Shown here: one piece after another, positions 1 to 7,786 of the stretch
Position numbering within the stretch: position 1 is the first letter of the stretch
Layout: every line of letters begins with the position of its first letter
Origin: a virus
Reading direction: 5' to 3' (one strand)
Virus record (IMG/VR): IMGVR_UViG_3300020433_000002
Span: 1 to 64,000 of that record
Length of the DNA stretch: 64,000 nt
Program-made: the position numbers and the translations under genes
The notes under the pieces: model-generated
The model's database searches: none
What the model was told of the DNA's origin: nothing
The model's input: the letters and a program-made list of their open reading frames with translations, nothing else

Positions 1-62
1 CACTAGACCTAGCATCTGCTGAGTCTTCACAAGTTGCTTTAACAGCACCTTCAATCGGTTAA
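1..62 (+). CDS. psbA: Photosystem II D1 protein, C-terminal end (partial)
   Basis: Frame from nt 3 reads LDLASAESSQVALTAPSIG*, the D1 C-terminus with its processing extension; lies directly before psbD. Confidence 0.95.
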   Translation, partial: LDLASAESSQVALTAPSIG

Positions 63-86
63 TAACTTAACTGATATTATAATCTA

Positions 87-107
87 GGCACCTTCGGGTG
101 CCTTTTT
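87..107 (+). terminator. Rho-independent terminator after psbA
   Basis: GGCACC-TTCG-GGTGCC stem with cUUCGg tetraloop, followed by T5. Confidence 0.85.
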
Positions 108-121
108 CATCGGAGAAATTA

Positions 122-1201
122 ATGGTAGCATCTACCTTAAAAGCACCTAATTCATTAGGTTGGTTCGATGTTCTTGACGACTGGTTAAAGAGAGACAGAT
201 TTGTATTCATTGGATGGTCTGGTCTTCTTTTATTACCATGTGCCTTTCTATCAATCGGTGGTTGGTTCACAGGAACTACATTCGTTACAAGTTGGTACAC
301 ACATGGTGTTGCATCCTCATATCTTGAGGGTTGTAACTTTTTAACAGCAGCAGTATCCACACCTGCAGACGCAGTGGGTCACAGTCTTCTGTTCCTTTGG
401 GGGCCTGAAGCACAGGGTGACTTCGTTCGTTGGTTACAATTAGGTGGACTATGGAACTTTGTAGCATTACATGGAGTCTTCGGACTTATAGGTTTCATGC
501 TTCGTCAGTTTGAGATTGCAGGTCTTGTAGGGATTCGTCCTTATAATGCATTAGCATTCTCTGCTGTTATCGCAGTCTTCACTAGCATCTTTTTGATCTA
601 TCCTTTAGGTCAACACAGTTGGTTCTTCGCACCTTCATTTGGTGTCGCAGCAATCTTTCGTTATATCTTATTCATTCAAGGTTTCCACAACATTACATTG
701 AATCCATTTCACATGATGGGTGTTGCAGGAATCTTAGGTGGAGCACTACTATGTGCTATTCATGGAGCAACAGTTCAGAATACTTTGTATGAGGACTCCT
801 CCATATACACAGAGGGTAAGATTCAATCTACAACCTTCCGTGCATTCGATCCTACACAGGAAGAAGAAACTTATAGTATGATTACAGCAAACAGATTCTG
901 GTCACAGATATTTGGTATTGCTTTCTCTAACAAAAGATTCTTACACTTCCTTATGTTGTTCGTTCCTGTGATGGGAATGTGGACATCATCTATAGGTATC
1001 GTAGGTCTTGCACTTAACCTCAGAGCATACGATTTTGTATCTCAAGAGATAAGAGCTGCAGAAGATCCAGAGTTTGAAACCTTCTATACTAAGAACATTC
1101 TTCTTAATGAAGGTATGAGAGCATGGATGTCTTCAGTTGACCAACCACATGAGAACTTTGTGTTCCCAGAAGAAGTATTACCAAGAGGTAATGCCTTGTA
1201 A
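122..1201 (+). CDS. psbD: Photosystem II D2 protein
   Basis: [39 protein letters not shown] at 122 with GGAG at 111-114 is preferred over the track's GTG at 98, which lies in the terminator stem. Confidence 0.98.
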   Translation: MVASTLKAPNSLGWFDVLDDWLKRDRFVFIGWSGLLLLPCAFLSIGGWFTGTTFVTSWYTHGVASSYLEGCNFLTAAVSTPADAVGHSLLFLWGPEAQGDFVRWLQLGGLWNFVALHGVFGLIGFMLRQFEIAGLVGIRPYNALAFSAVIAVFTSIFLIYPLGQHSWFFAPSFGVAAIFRYILFIQGFHNITLNPFHMMGVAGILGGALLCAIHGATVQNTLYEDSSIYTEGKIQSTTFRAFDPTQEEETYSMITANRFWSQIFGIAFSNKRFLHFLMLFVPVMGMWTSSIGIVGLALNLRAYDFVSQEIRAAEDPEFETFYTKNILLNEGMRAWMSSVDQPHENFVFPEEVLPRGNAL

Positions 1202-1223
1202 TTTACATAATATATGTTATAAT

Positions 1224-1248
1224 GAGGGTCAAACGGCCCTCTTTTTTT
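1224..1248 (+). terminator. Rho-independent terminator after psbD
   Basis: GAGGGTC-AAAC-GGCCCTC stem followed by T7. Confidence 0.8.
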
Positions 1249-1761
1249 ATGCTTATATGGAATGACAATATAAAAATTCCTGAGGAACACAAAGATCGTA
1301 TTTTAAATAGAATACAAGAATCATATAGAGATAAAAGAAAATTCTTTACATCACATTCTATGAGTGATAGAAGGTTTGCTGATTTATTAGTTCCTTTCTA
1401 TACAAAAGTCATTGAGAATATGATGAGGGATTTAGGACTCTATAAAAATACTACATATGGTTTTAATCTTTGGGTTCAAATGTATAATTCAGAGAGCACT
1501 ACTCATCCACCTCATTCACATTATGGAATAGGTGGTGCTGAGATAATATCCTTTACTCATATTATTAATGCGTCAAAAAATAAATGTTTTTATTTTTTAG
1601 ATGATCATGGAGATAAAATATATCCAGATCATCAAGAAAGTGGAGACATATTTGCATGGCCATCATGGTTAATACACGGAGTAGATAAGGTGCAAGAACC
1701 AAACTTGAATAGGTTAATTGTAGCAGGAAATGTTGCTTTGGAAACATATTCAAACCCTTGA
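1249..1761 (+). CDS. Putative 2OG-Fe(II) oxygenase (cyanophage type)
   Basis: W-x-Q-x-Y...HPPHSH...WPSWLIHGV...NRLIVAGN; start moved to ATG 1249, just after the terminator. Confidence 0.75.
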   Translation: MLIWNDNIKIPEEHKDRILNRIQESYRDKRKFFTSHSMSDRRFADLLVPFYTKVIENMMRDLGLYKNTTYGFNLWVQMYNSESTTHPPHSHYGIGGAEIISFTHIINASKNKCFYFLDDHGDKIYPDHQESGDIFAWPSWLIHGVDKVQEPNLNRLIVAGNVALETYSNP

Positions 1762-1788
1762 TAAATAATTTTAAATTCAAATTTACCC

Positions 1789-1947
1789 ATGAAAGATTTC
1801 AATATCTTACTTAGAAAATACCAGTTAAAAGTTTACAATCGTATTGCCGATAAATTAGAGCAACGTCTTGCAGGTGTTATTGCAACAAAGCAAAAGTTAG
1901 CAGAGCAGATAGAAAGAGATAAATGTATTGATGAGATTACTAGATAA
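1789..1947 (+). CDS. Small hypothetical protein (52 aa, coiled-coil-like)
   Basis: MKDFNILLRKY...EITR*; ATAAATA late box at 1761-1767 upstream; TAATG overlap with the next gene. Below the track cutoff. Confidence 0.65.
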   Translation: MKDFNILLRKYQLKVYNRIADKLEQRLAGVIATKQKLAEQIERDKCIDEITR

Positions 1948-2375
1948 TGGACTTCGATTTCTATAACGATGAACATTTACAATCCGCACATCTTTTTCTG
2001 GTGAAAAGGATTTGTAGAGTTTGTGGTGTAGAAAAAGATTTAGTCACAGATTTTTACAAATGTCGTAAAGATCCAACATTAGAATCATCTTATGCATACG
2101 AATGTAAATCATGTGCTATAGTTAGAAACAAAAACAATTATTATAAAAAAAGAATGGATAAAATTGATACGCAAGCAATGTCTTATGGAACTGGTAAAGG
2201 AGATGGGACAAGTATTGAAGAACAACGTGCTGCTATCCCAGATTATATACCAAAAAAGTTAAACATCATAACAGATGAACTTAAGGTAGAACTGAAGGAA
2301 CTCATTAATGAAGTTTTAGATGAAAGGGAAACTGAAAAAAAACTAAATGGCCCATATGACTTTCCAGAAGTATGA
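1947..2375 (+). CDS. Hypothetical protein with N-terminal Zn-finger (CxxC...CxxC)
   Basis: RICRVCGVEK...YECKSC resembles the Zn-binding N-termini of phage endonucleases; the C-terminal half looks like a separate small protein. Confidence 0.6.
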   Translation: MDFDFYNDEHLQSAHLFLVKRICRVCGVEKDLVTDFYKCRKDPTLESSYAYECKSCAIVRNKNNYYKKRMDKIDTQAMSYGTGKGDGTSIEEQRAAIPDYIPKKLNIITDELKVELKELINEVLDERETEKKLNGPYDFPEV

Positions 2376-2512
2376 GCAAAAAACAATACTATGAGTTAGT
2401 CTATAAAGATGGTATGACTCACTCATCATACAATTACAAACTTATAAAAGAAATATGGGAACAAGATAAGGATCTTATATCTCATATGAAACAAAGGGAA
2501 TGTCATGACTAA
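2372..2512 (+). CDS. Small hypothetical protein (46 aa)
   Basis: MSKKQYYELVYKDG...; ATGA overlap with the upstream stop; fills the gap in a tightly packed operon. Confidence 0.55.
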   Translation: MSKKQYYELVYKDGMTHSSYNYKLIKEIWEQDKDLISHMKQRECHD

Positions 2513-2741
2513 AGAACAACACGAAGATCGCACATCTTGGAGAAAAGAATACTTAGGAATGAAGGTCGTATCCAAGAGACAAAGAGAACTCTTGGAAGAA
2601 GGGCCTCATTCTCTTAGTCAGAGTTGGTTACTTATGGCAATGCACAATGATTATAAAAAGATGAAGGGGATCAAGGAACCTCCCTATCGAGAGTCTGGAT
2701 ACCAAATAAGTATGAAGGAGTGGTTCAAAACCTATGAGTGA
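2505..2741 (+). CDS. Hypothetical phage protein
   Basis: ORF track; overlaps both neighbours in operon fashion. Confidence 0.7.
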   Translation: MTKEQHEDRTSWRKEYLGMKVVSKRQRELLEEGPHSLSQSWLLMAMHNDYKKMKGIKEPPYRESGYQISMKEWFKTYE

Positions 2742-5475
2742 ATTTATTCAAAGACATATCGGTATAACCGATGATCAAAAGAATAGTATGTTGGAAGATT
2801 TAGGTCTTTCTACTATAGAAGATTTAGTAAGAGAAGTAGTACCGACTTCAATTCTACTTCGTGGTGATGATAAATTACCAGAGGGTTGTAGTGAACAACA
2901 GGCACTTGCAGAATTAAAACAAATTGCAGAAAAAAATATTATTAAAAGAAGTCTGATTGGTCAAGGATATTATGGTACAATTACACCACCAGTAATCCTA
3001 AGAAATGTATTTGAGAATCCTGCTTGGTACACTTCTTATACACCATATCAGGCAGAGATATCACAGGGTAGATTAGAAGCACTATTTAATTATCAAACAT
3101 TAATCACAGAACTTACAGGGTTACCAGTATCTAATGCATCATTGTTAGATGAAGGAACGGCAGCTGCTGAAGCAATGATACTAGCACATTCAGTTGGTAA
3201 AGAAGATAGATTTGTAGTTGATAGTAAAGTATTTCCACAAACTTTAAAGGTCTTACAGACGAGAGCAAAACCACTTGGTATTAAAATAGTATTGGTTGAT
3301 TTTGATGGATCAATACCACTAGCAGAATTAAAGAGTGCGTTTGGAGTCCTAGTACAACTACCCAATAGTCATGGTACTTTAAAACATCGTGATGGTTTAA
3401 TTACAGCATGTGATGTATGTAAGTGTATGAAGATTGCGATTGTTGATCCTTTAGCACAGGTTCTAATGAAACCTGTAGGAGAGATGGGATTTGATATTGC
3501 TGTTGGTAGTATGCAGAGGTTCGGAGTTCCTATGGGATTTGGAGGCCCTCATGCAGCATTTTTTGCAACCACTGAGAAATATAAACGTAAGATTCCTGGA
3601 CGTATTGTAGGACAGTCGGTAGATACCCAAGGTAATAAAGCACTACGGCTAGCGTTACAAACAAGGGAACAACACATAAGACGAGACAAAGCAACATCCA
3701 ATATATGTACTGCTCAAGCACTCCTCGCAAATATGGCAGGTTTTTACGCTGCTTACCACGGTGCGGAAGGTCTGAAAAAAATAGCAACCAGAGTATTAAA
3801 ATATAGACAGACGTTACTACTAGCATTGAAATGGTGTGGAATAGAAACAGATGAATCAGAAGGATTTGATACTGTAAGATTTAAAACCTCGATTACTTTA
3901 GAGAATTTTAATGTAAATTACGAAGATGGTTGGTGCATCTTATCATTAGATGAGTGTACTACATTAGATGAATTGCATCAAATCATTGATTCTCAAGTTG
4001 ATTTTCCTAATAAAGCAGATACTATTGATCATGTTTTAGATGCTGTAGGAGAATATAAGTGGACAACAATTCCTGTAAGAAAAGGAAAGTGGTTAACTCA
4101 AGAAGTATTTAACAAGTATCATAGTGAAACTGATATGATGAGATACATTCATGAGTTAGTCTCTAAAGATTTCTCATTAGTGAATGGTATGATACCACTT
4201 GGTAGTTGCACTATGAAATTAAATGCAGCTGCAGAACTGATGCCAGTTTCATGGCCTGAGTTTGCAAACATACATCCATTTGCACCAAAGGGTCAAACGC
4301 AGGGTTATCTAAAAATTATAGACGATCTGCAGAAATGGTTATGTGATATCACAGGGTTTGATTCTATATCATTACAACCAAATGCAGGTTCGCAAGGTGA
4401 GTATGCAGGTCTTCTTGCAATACAAGAATACCATAAAAGTCGTGGAGATACAAAGAGAAATGTATGTTTGATTCCTACAAGTGCTCATGGAACTAATCCT
4501 GCAAGTGCAGTTATGGCTGGTATGGAAATAGTTCCTATCAAATGTGATGATGATGGTAACATTGATCTAAAAGATTTAGAGAAGCAAGCACTCATGAACA
4601 TGCTTGAGTTGTCTTGTATCATGATCACATATCCATCAACTCATGGTGTGTTTGAACCAACTATTAAAGACATCTGTAAAATCGTACATGAGAATGGTGG
4701 TCAGGTATATCTTGATGGAGCAAATCTAAATGCACAGGTAGGACTAGCAAAACCTGGTAAATATGGTGCAGATGTATGTCATCTTAATTTACATAAGACA
4801 TTTTGTATTCCTCATGGTGGTGGTGGGCCAGGTGTTGGGCCAATTGGAGTTGCATCACATCTCACACCCTTTATAAATCAAAGAGTATCGGCATCTAAAT
4901 TTGGTAGTGCAAGTATTCTTCCTATCAGTTGGATGTATATAAGAATGATGGGTGGAGAAGGACTTCGTAAAGCAAGTGAGATATCACTTCTTTCTGCAAA
5001 CTGGTTAGCACATAAAATAGATGATTCATTTAATGTATTATATAAAGGTGCAAATGGAAGAGTTGCCCATGAGTGTATCTTTGATGTTCGATCAATGCCC
5101 GTAACAGCAGAGGATGTTGCAAAGAGATTGATGGACTATGGTTTCCATGCTCCTACACTATCTTGGCCAGTTACAAATACTATGATGGTGGAACCTACAG
5201 AATCAGAGTCACTTGATGAGTTACAAAGGTTTGTAGATGCTATGAAAGAAATAAGAAGGGAAATTTATACTCAAAAGGAAATATTACAAAACGCACCACA
5301 TACAGCAAGGGTTGTCTGTTCAGACAAATGGGTGTATAATTATAGCCGTGAGCAAGCAGCATACCCTGTAGATCAAACTAATAAGTTCTGGCCTGCAGTA
5401 TCACGAATTGATAATGTTTACGGTGATCGTAATTTAGTATGCTCTTGTGCATCTTACTTCGATGAAACTACATGA
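2734..5475 (+). CDS. gcvP: Glycine dehydrogenase (glycine cleavage system P protein)
   Basis: [41 protein letters not shown]-lysine motif [17 protein letters not shown]-terminal GDRNLVCSC. Confidence 0.97.
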   Translation: MSEFIQRHIGITDDQKNSMLEDLGLSTIEDLVREVVPTSILLRGDDKLPEGCSEQQALAELKQIAEKNIIKRSLIGQGYYGTITPPVILRNVFENPAWYTSYTPYQAEISQGRLEALFNYQTLITELTGLPVSNASLLDEGTAAAEAMILAHSVGKEDRFVVDSKVFPQTLKVLQTRAKPLGIKIVLVDFDGSIPLAELKSAFGVLVQLPNSHGTLKHRDGLITACDVCKCMKIAIVDPLAQVLMKPVGEMGFDIAVGSMQRFGVPMGFGGPHAAFFATTEKYKRKIPGRIVGQSVDTQGNKALRLALQTREQHIRRDKATSNICTAQALLANMAGFYAAYHGAEGLKKIATRVLKYRQTLLLALKWCGIETDESEGFDTVRFKTSITLENFNVNYEDGWCILSLDECTTLDELHQIIDSQVDFPNKADTIDHVLDAVGEYKWTTIPVRKGKWLTQEVFNKYHSETDMMRYIHELVSKDFSLVNGMIPLGSCTMKLNAAAELMPVSWPEFANIHPFAPKGQTQGYLKIIDDLQKWLCDITGFDSISLQPNAGSQGEYAGLLAIQEYHKSRGDTKRNVCLIPTSAHGTNPASAVMAGMEIVPIKCDDDGNIDLKDLEKQALMNMLELSCIMITYPSTHGVFEPTIKDICKIVHENGGQVYLDGANLNAQVGLAKPGKYGADVCHLNLHKTFCIPHGGGGPGVGPIGVASHLTPFINQRVSASKFGSASILPISWMYIRMMGGEGLRKASEISLLSANWLAHKIDDSFNVLYKGANGRVAHECIFDVRSMPVTAEDVAKRLMDYGFHAPTLSWPVTNTMMVEPTESESLDELQRFVDAMKEIRREIYTQKEILQNAPHTARVVCSDKWVYNYSREQAAYPVDQTNKFWPAVSRIDNVYGDRNLVCSCASYFDETT

Positions 5476-6008
5476 GATTAGCAGTCTTATGTTCTGGTAA
5501 CGGAACTAACTTTGAAAACATTTTGAGGTCTTGTTGGGAAGACGAAGTTGTTATTATGATCCACAACAAAAAAAATTGTGGTGCTGTTAAGAGAGCAAAC
5601 AAATTTGGTATCCCACATTGTTTTATTGAACATGAGGATGAAGACCTAATGATTATGACTCTTAAAGCAATGGATGTTGATCTTATTATACTCGCAGGGT
5701 ATATGAGAATCCTATCTAAGAAATTTGTAGATTCTTTTGATAAGATCATAAATGTTCATCCCTCATTACTACCAAAGTATAAAGGGTTAAATACAGTACA
5801 ACGAGCCTTAGATGCAGGGGATACTGTTGTAGGGTGTACCGTACACTACGTAACAGAAGAACTTGACTCTGGTGATATAATATACCAAGGGCTAGTTGAT
5901 GTTGAACCCAATGATACTGTTAAAACTTTAACAAAAAAAATTCAACGACAAGAATACTCAATTTTACCTGAGGCAATTAGACTAATTAAAAACCATGCAA
6001 ATACCTGA
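5472..6008 (+). CDS. purN: Phosphoribosylglycinamide formyltransferase
   Basis: [41 protein letters not shown]. Confidence 0.92.
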   Translation: MRLAVLCSGNGTNFENILRSCWEDEVVIMIHNKKNCGAVKRANKFGIPHCFIEHEDEDLMIMTLKAMDVDLIILAGYMRILSKKFVDSFDKIINVHPSLLPKYKGLNTVQRALDAGDTVVGCTVHYVTEELDSGDIIYQGLVDVEPNDTVKTLTKKIQRQEYSILPEAIRLIKNHANT

Positions 6009-6660
6009 TACACCTGAAGCGGCTAAATTAAGTCCTGAACAAAGAGAACTTATCTCTAAGGCTAAATCAAAAAGAGATATTGGAGGAGTTGATTATATAT
6101 TTCCTGTTCCAATATATGTTAACTATATTGATAATTATCAAGAGATTCAAGATGAGTTACTAACTGGTGTTAGTCATTGTGATTTTGGAATGCATCCTAA
6201 TTGGGGTCATACTCACTTCTTATCTGATGTTACTTTTGATCAACATTTTGTAAATGATAATAGATGTGATAAATTTAAGGAAGAATTAGACTGGCATGTT
6301 CGAAAGTATGCTAAAGAATCTGGTATGGTGGATCAACACTCAATAGATAAGTTTGATTACGATCTTAAAGATTCATGGGTTGCTCTTTTTAAAAAACATA
6401 ACTATGCACACATACACTCACATGGTGAAGCTGATATATCAGGTGTGTATTATATTCAAACTCCACCAAAAACCACACAGAATGTAGGTAAAATTTTCTT
6501 TCAAGATGATAGAATGTCTCAAGAAAGAAGTGTTGAAATTCCTTCTGATCAAGGAGTTATCATACTATTTCCTGGCTACTTAAAGCATGGAGTACAAACA
6601 AATATAAGCGACATAGAACGTCTTAGTTTATCCTTTAACATTAAAATTAAAAAGAAATGA
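5995..6660 (+). CDS. Putative 2OG-Fe(II) oxygenase
   Basis: SW...HIHSH..ADISGVYY...LFPGYLKHGV...RLSLSFN. Confidence 0.8.
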   Translation: MQIPDTPEAAKLSPEQRELISKAKSKRDIGGVDYIFPVPIYVNYIDNYQEIQDELLTGVSHCDFGMHPNWGHTHFLSDVTFDQHFVNDNRCDKFKEELDWHVRKYAKESGMVDQHSIDKFDYDLKDSWVALFKKHNYAHIHSHGEADISGVYYIQTPPKTTQNVGKIFFQDDRMSQERSVEIPSDQGVIILFPGYLKHGVQTNISDIERLSLSFNIKIKKK

Positions 6661-6923
6661 TTTCATTTTTACTTTTCAGTGCAAGTCTTCTTAATTTTGC
6701 ATTTTATATCTTTGCAATAGGTTTTGTTATTGCATTAGTTTTAGAACAATTTGTGAGAAGAACAGACAATGAGAGGAACCTCTACATAGTAGAAACAAAT
6801 AGAAAATATCTATGGAGACAAACATGGATAGTTAATATCAATTGGTTTGCATGCAATGTAGGTTTGTATTTTTTTGTAAGGAATTTACAATCACCTGTAG
6901 ATACTTTTTGGAACGGGATTTAA
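6657..6923 (+). CDS. Small membrane protein
   Basis: Hydrophobic N-terminal helix and a second hydrophobic stretch. Confidence 0.65.
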   Translation: MISFLLFSASLLNFAFYIFAIGFVIALVLEQFVRRTDNERNLYIVETNRKYLWRQTWIVNINWFACNVGLYFFVRNLQSPVDTFWNGI

Positions 6924-6924
6924 C

Positions 6925-7011
6925 ATGAACAACATCGGATTAGAAATAGTTTTCTGGACTGTATTATCAGTTTACTTATTAGCAAAAGCAGGAGTCTTTA
7001 AGAAGAGATGA
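6925..7011 (+). CDS. Very small membrane peptide (28 aa)
   Basis: MNNIGLEIVFWTVLSVYLLAKAGVFKKR*; fills the gap and has an ATGA overlap with the next ORF. Confidence 0.55.
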   Translation: MNNIGLEIVFWTVLSVYLLAKAGVFKKR

Positions 7012-7238
7012 AGTTAACACAAGAGATGATTGACGAGATCCAAAGACTCATGGAACATACCAAGAAAGATGGTAGTATGAATTGGGTTGATGGTGAAGAA
7101 ATAGAAATTAATTTAGCAGGTACATTTGCTGCTGATAGATTTATTGTTATCAACAATAGATCCAAGAAACCTTGGGAACCATCAAAACCTCATCCCAGAT
7201 TTGATTACGAAAAAGGAGAGTTTATAAAAGATGAATGA
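7008..7238 (+). CDS. Hypothetical phage protein
   Basis: ORF track; GGAG upstream. Confidence 0.7.
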   Translation: MKLTQEMIDEIQRLMEHTKKDGSMNWVDGEEIEINLAGTFAADRFIVINNRSKKPWEPSKPHPRFDYEKGEFIKDE

Positions 7239-7368
7239 AGAGGAAATCGTGCAATTAATTAAAAATCTTGCAGAAGAGTTAGGAGGTACTACAACTCAGT
7301 TGACTAGGGCTAATAGTCAGGGTAGATCATCTAAGGTAATAGAAATAGAATACGATATAGAAGTATAA
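7231..7368 (+). CDS. Small hypothetical protein (45 aa)
   Basis: MNEEEIVQLIKNLAEELGG...IEYDIEV*; AGGAG upstream. Confidence 0.6.
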   Translation: MNEEEIVQLIKNLAEELGGTTTQLTRANSQGRSSKVIEIEYDIEV

Positions 7369-7412
7369 GAAAATATTAAATTTATAATATAATACAAAAG
7401 TCGCAATCCTGT

Positions 7413-7733
7413 ATGGAAATTTTATCTTCTCCTCAAGCATATGTTTTTAATTTACACACAACAAGTTCGGCAGAAGCAAAAAGAATATGGAGGAGAAAGA
7501 TAAAAGAAAGGTGGAATTGGGAATGTGCCTATTGTGGTTCTGATGAGAACATTACAATAGACCACGTAACTCCACGCTGTAAAGGTGGCCAAGATACCAT
7601 AGGAAATATGGTGTCGTGCTGTAATAAATGTAATCAAAGTAAATCACATACTCTTTGGGAAGAATGGTATTTTTCTCAGGAGTTTTTTAGTTTAGAACGG
7701 TATGCAAAAATCAAGGAAATGCAACTTGGATAA
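7413..7733 (+). CDS. HNH endonuclease
   Basis: CAYCG...TIDHVTPRCKGG...NMVSCCNKCNQSK. Confidence 0.9.
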   Translation: MEILSSPQAYVFNLHTTSSAEAKRIWRRKIKERWNWECAYCGSDENITIDHVTPRCKGGQDTIGNMVSCCNKCNQSKSHTLWEEWYFSQEFFSLERYAKIKEMQLG

Positions 7734-7736
7734 ATA
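7730..7736 (+). promoter_or_regulatory. T4-type late promoter (NTAAATA)
   Basis: ATAAATA upstream of the structural island. Similar boxes at 16552, 18719, 23621, 24247, 24686, 34593, 38218, 52376, 56160 and 61840, each just before a start codon. Confidence 0.75.
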
Positions 7737-7786
7737 ACTGAAGGCAGTATATACTGTTCTTTTTCTGGTACATACCGATAATATAA

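Noticed and set aside
98-121. Longer psbD start (GTG 98) and likewise ATG 1222
   Set aside because: Both extensions run through terminator hairpins; downstream ATGs fit better.
122-5475. Host chromosomal fragment or chimera (psbD, gcvP)
   Set aside because: Genes are interleaved with phage ORFs and share the same Gly-Pro codon signature as the core phage genes.
7413-7733. HNH gene as the mobiliser of the fibre island
   Set aside because: Only its boundary position suggests this; no target site or flanking repeats found.
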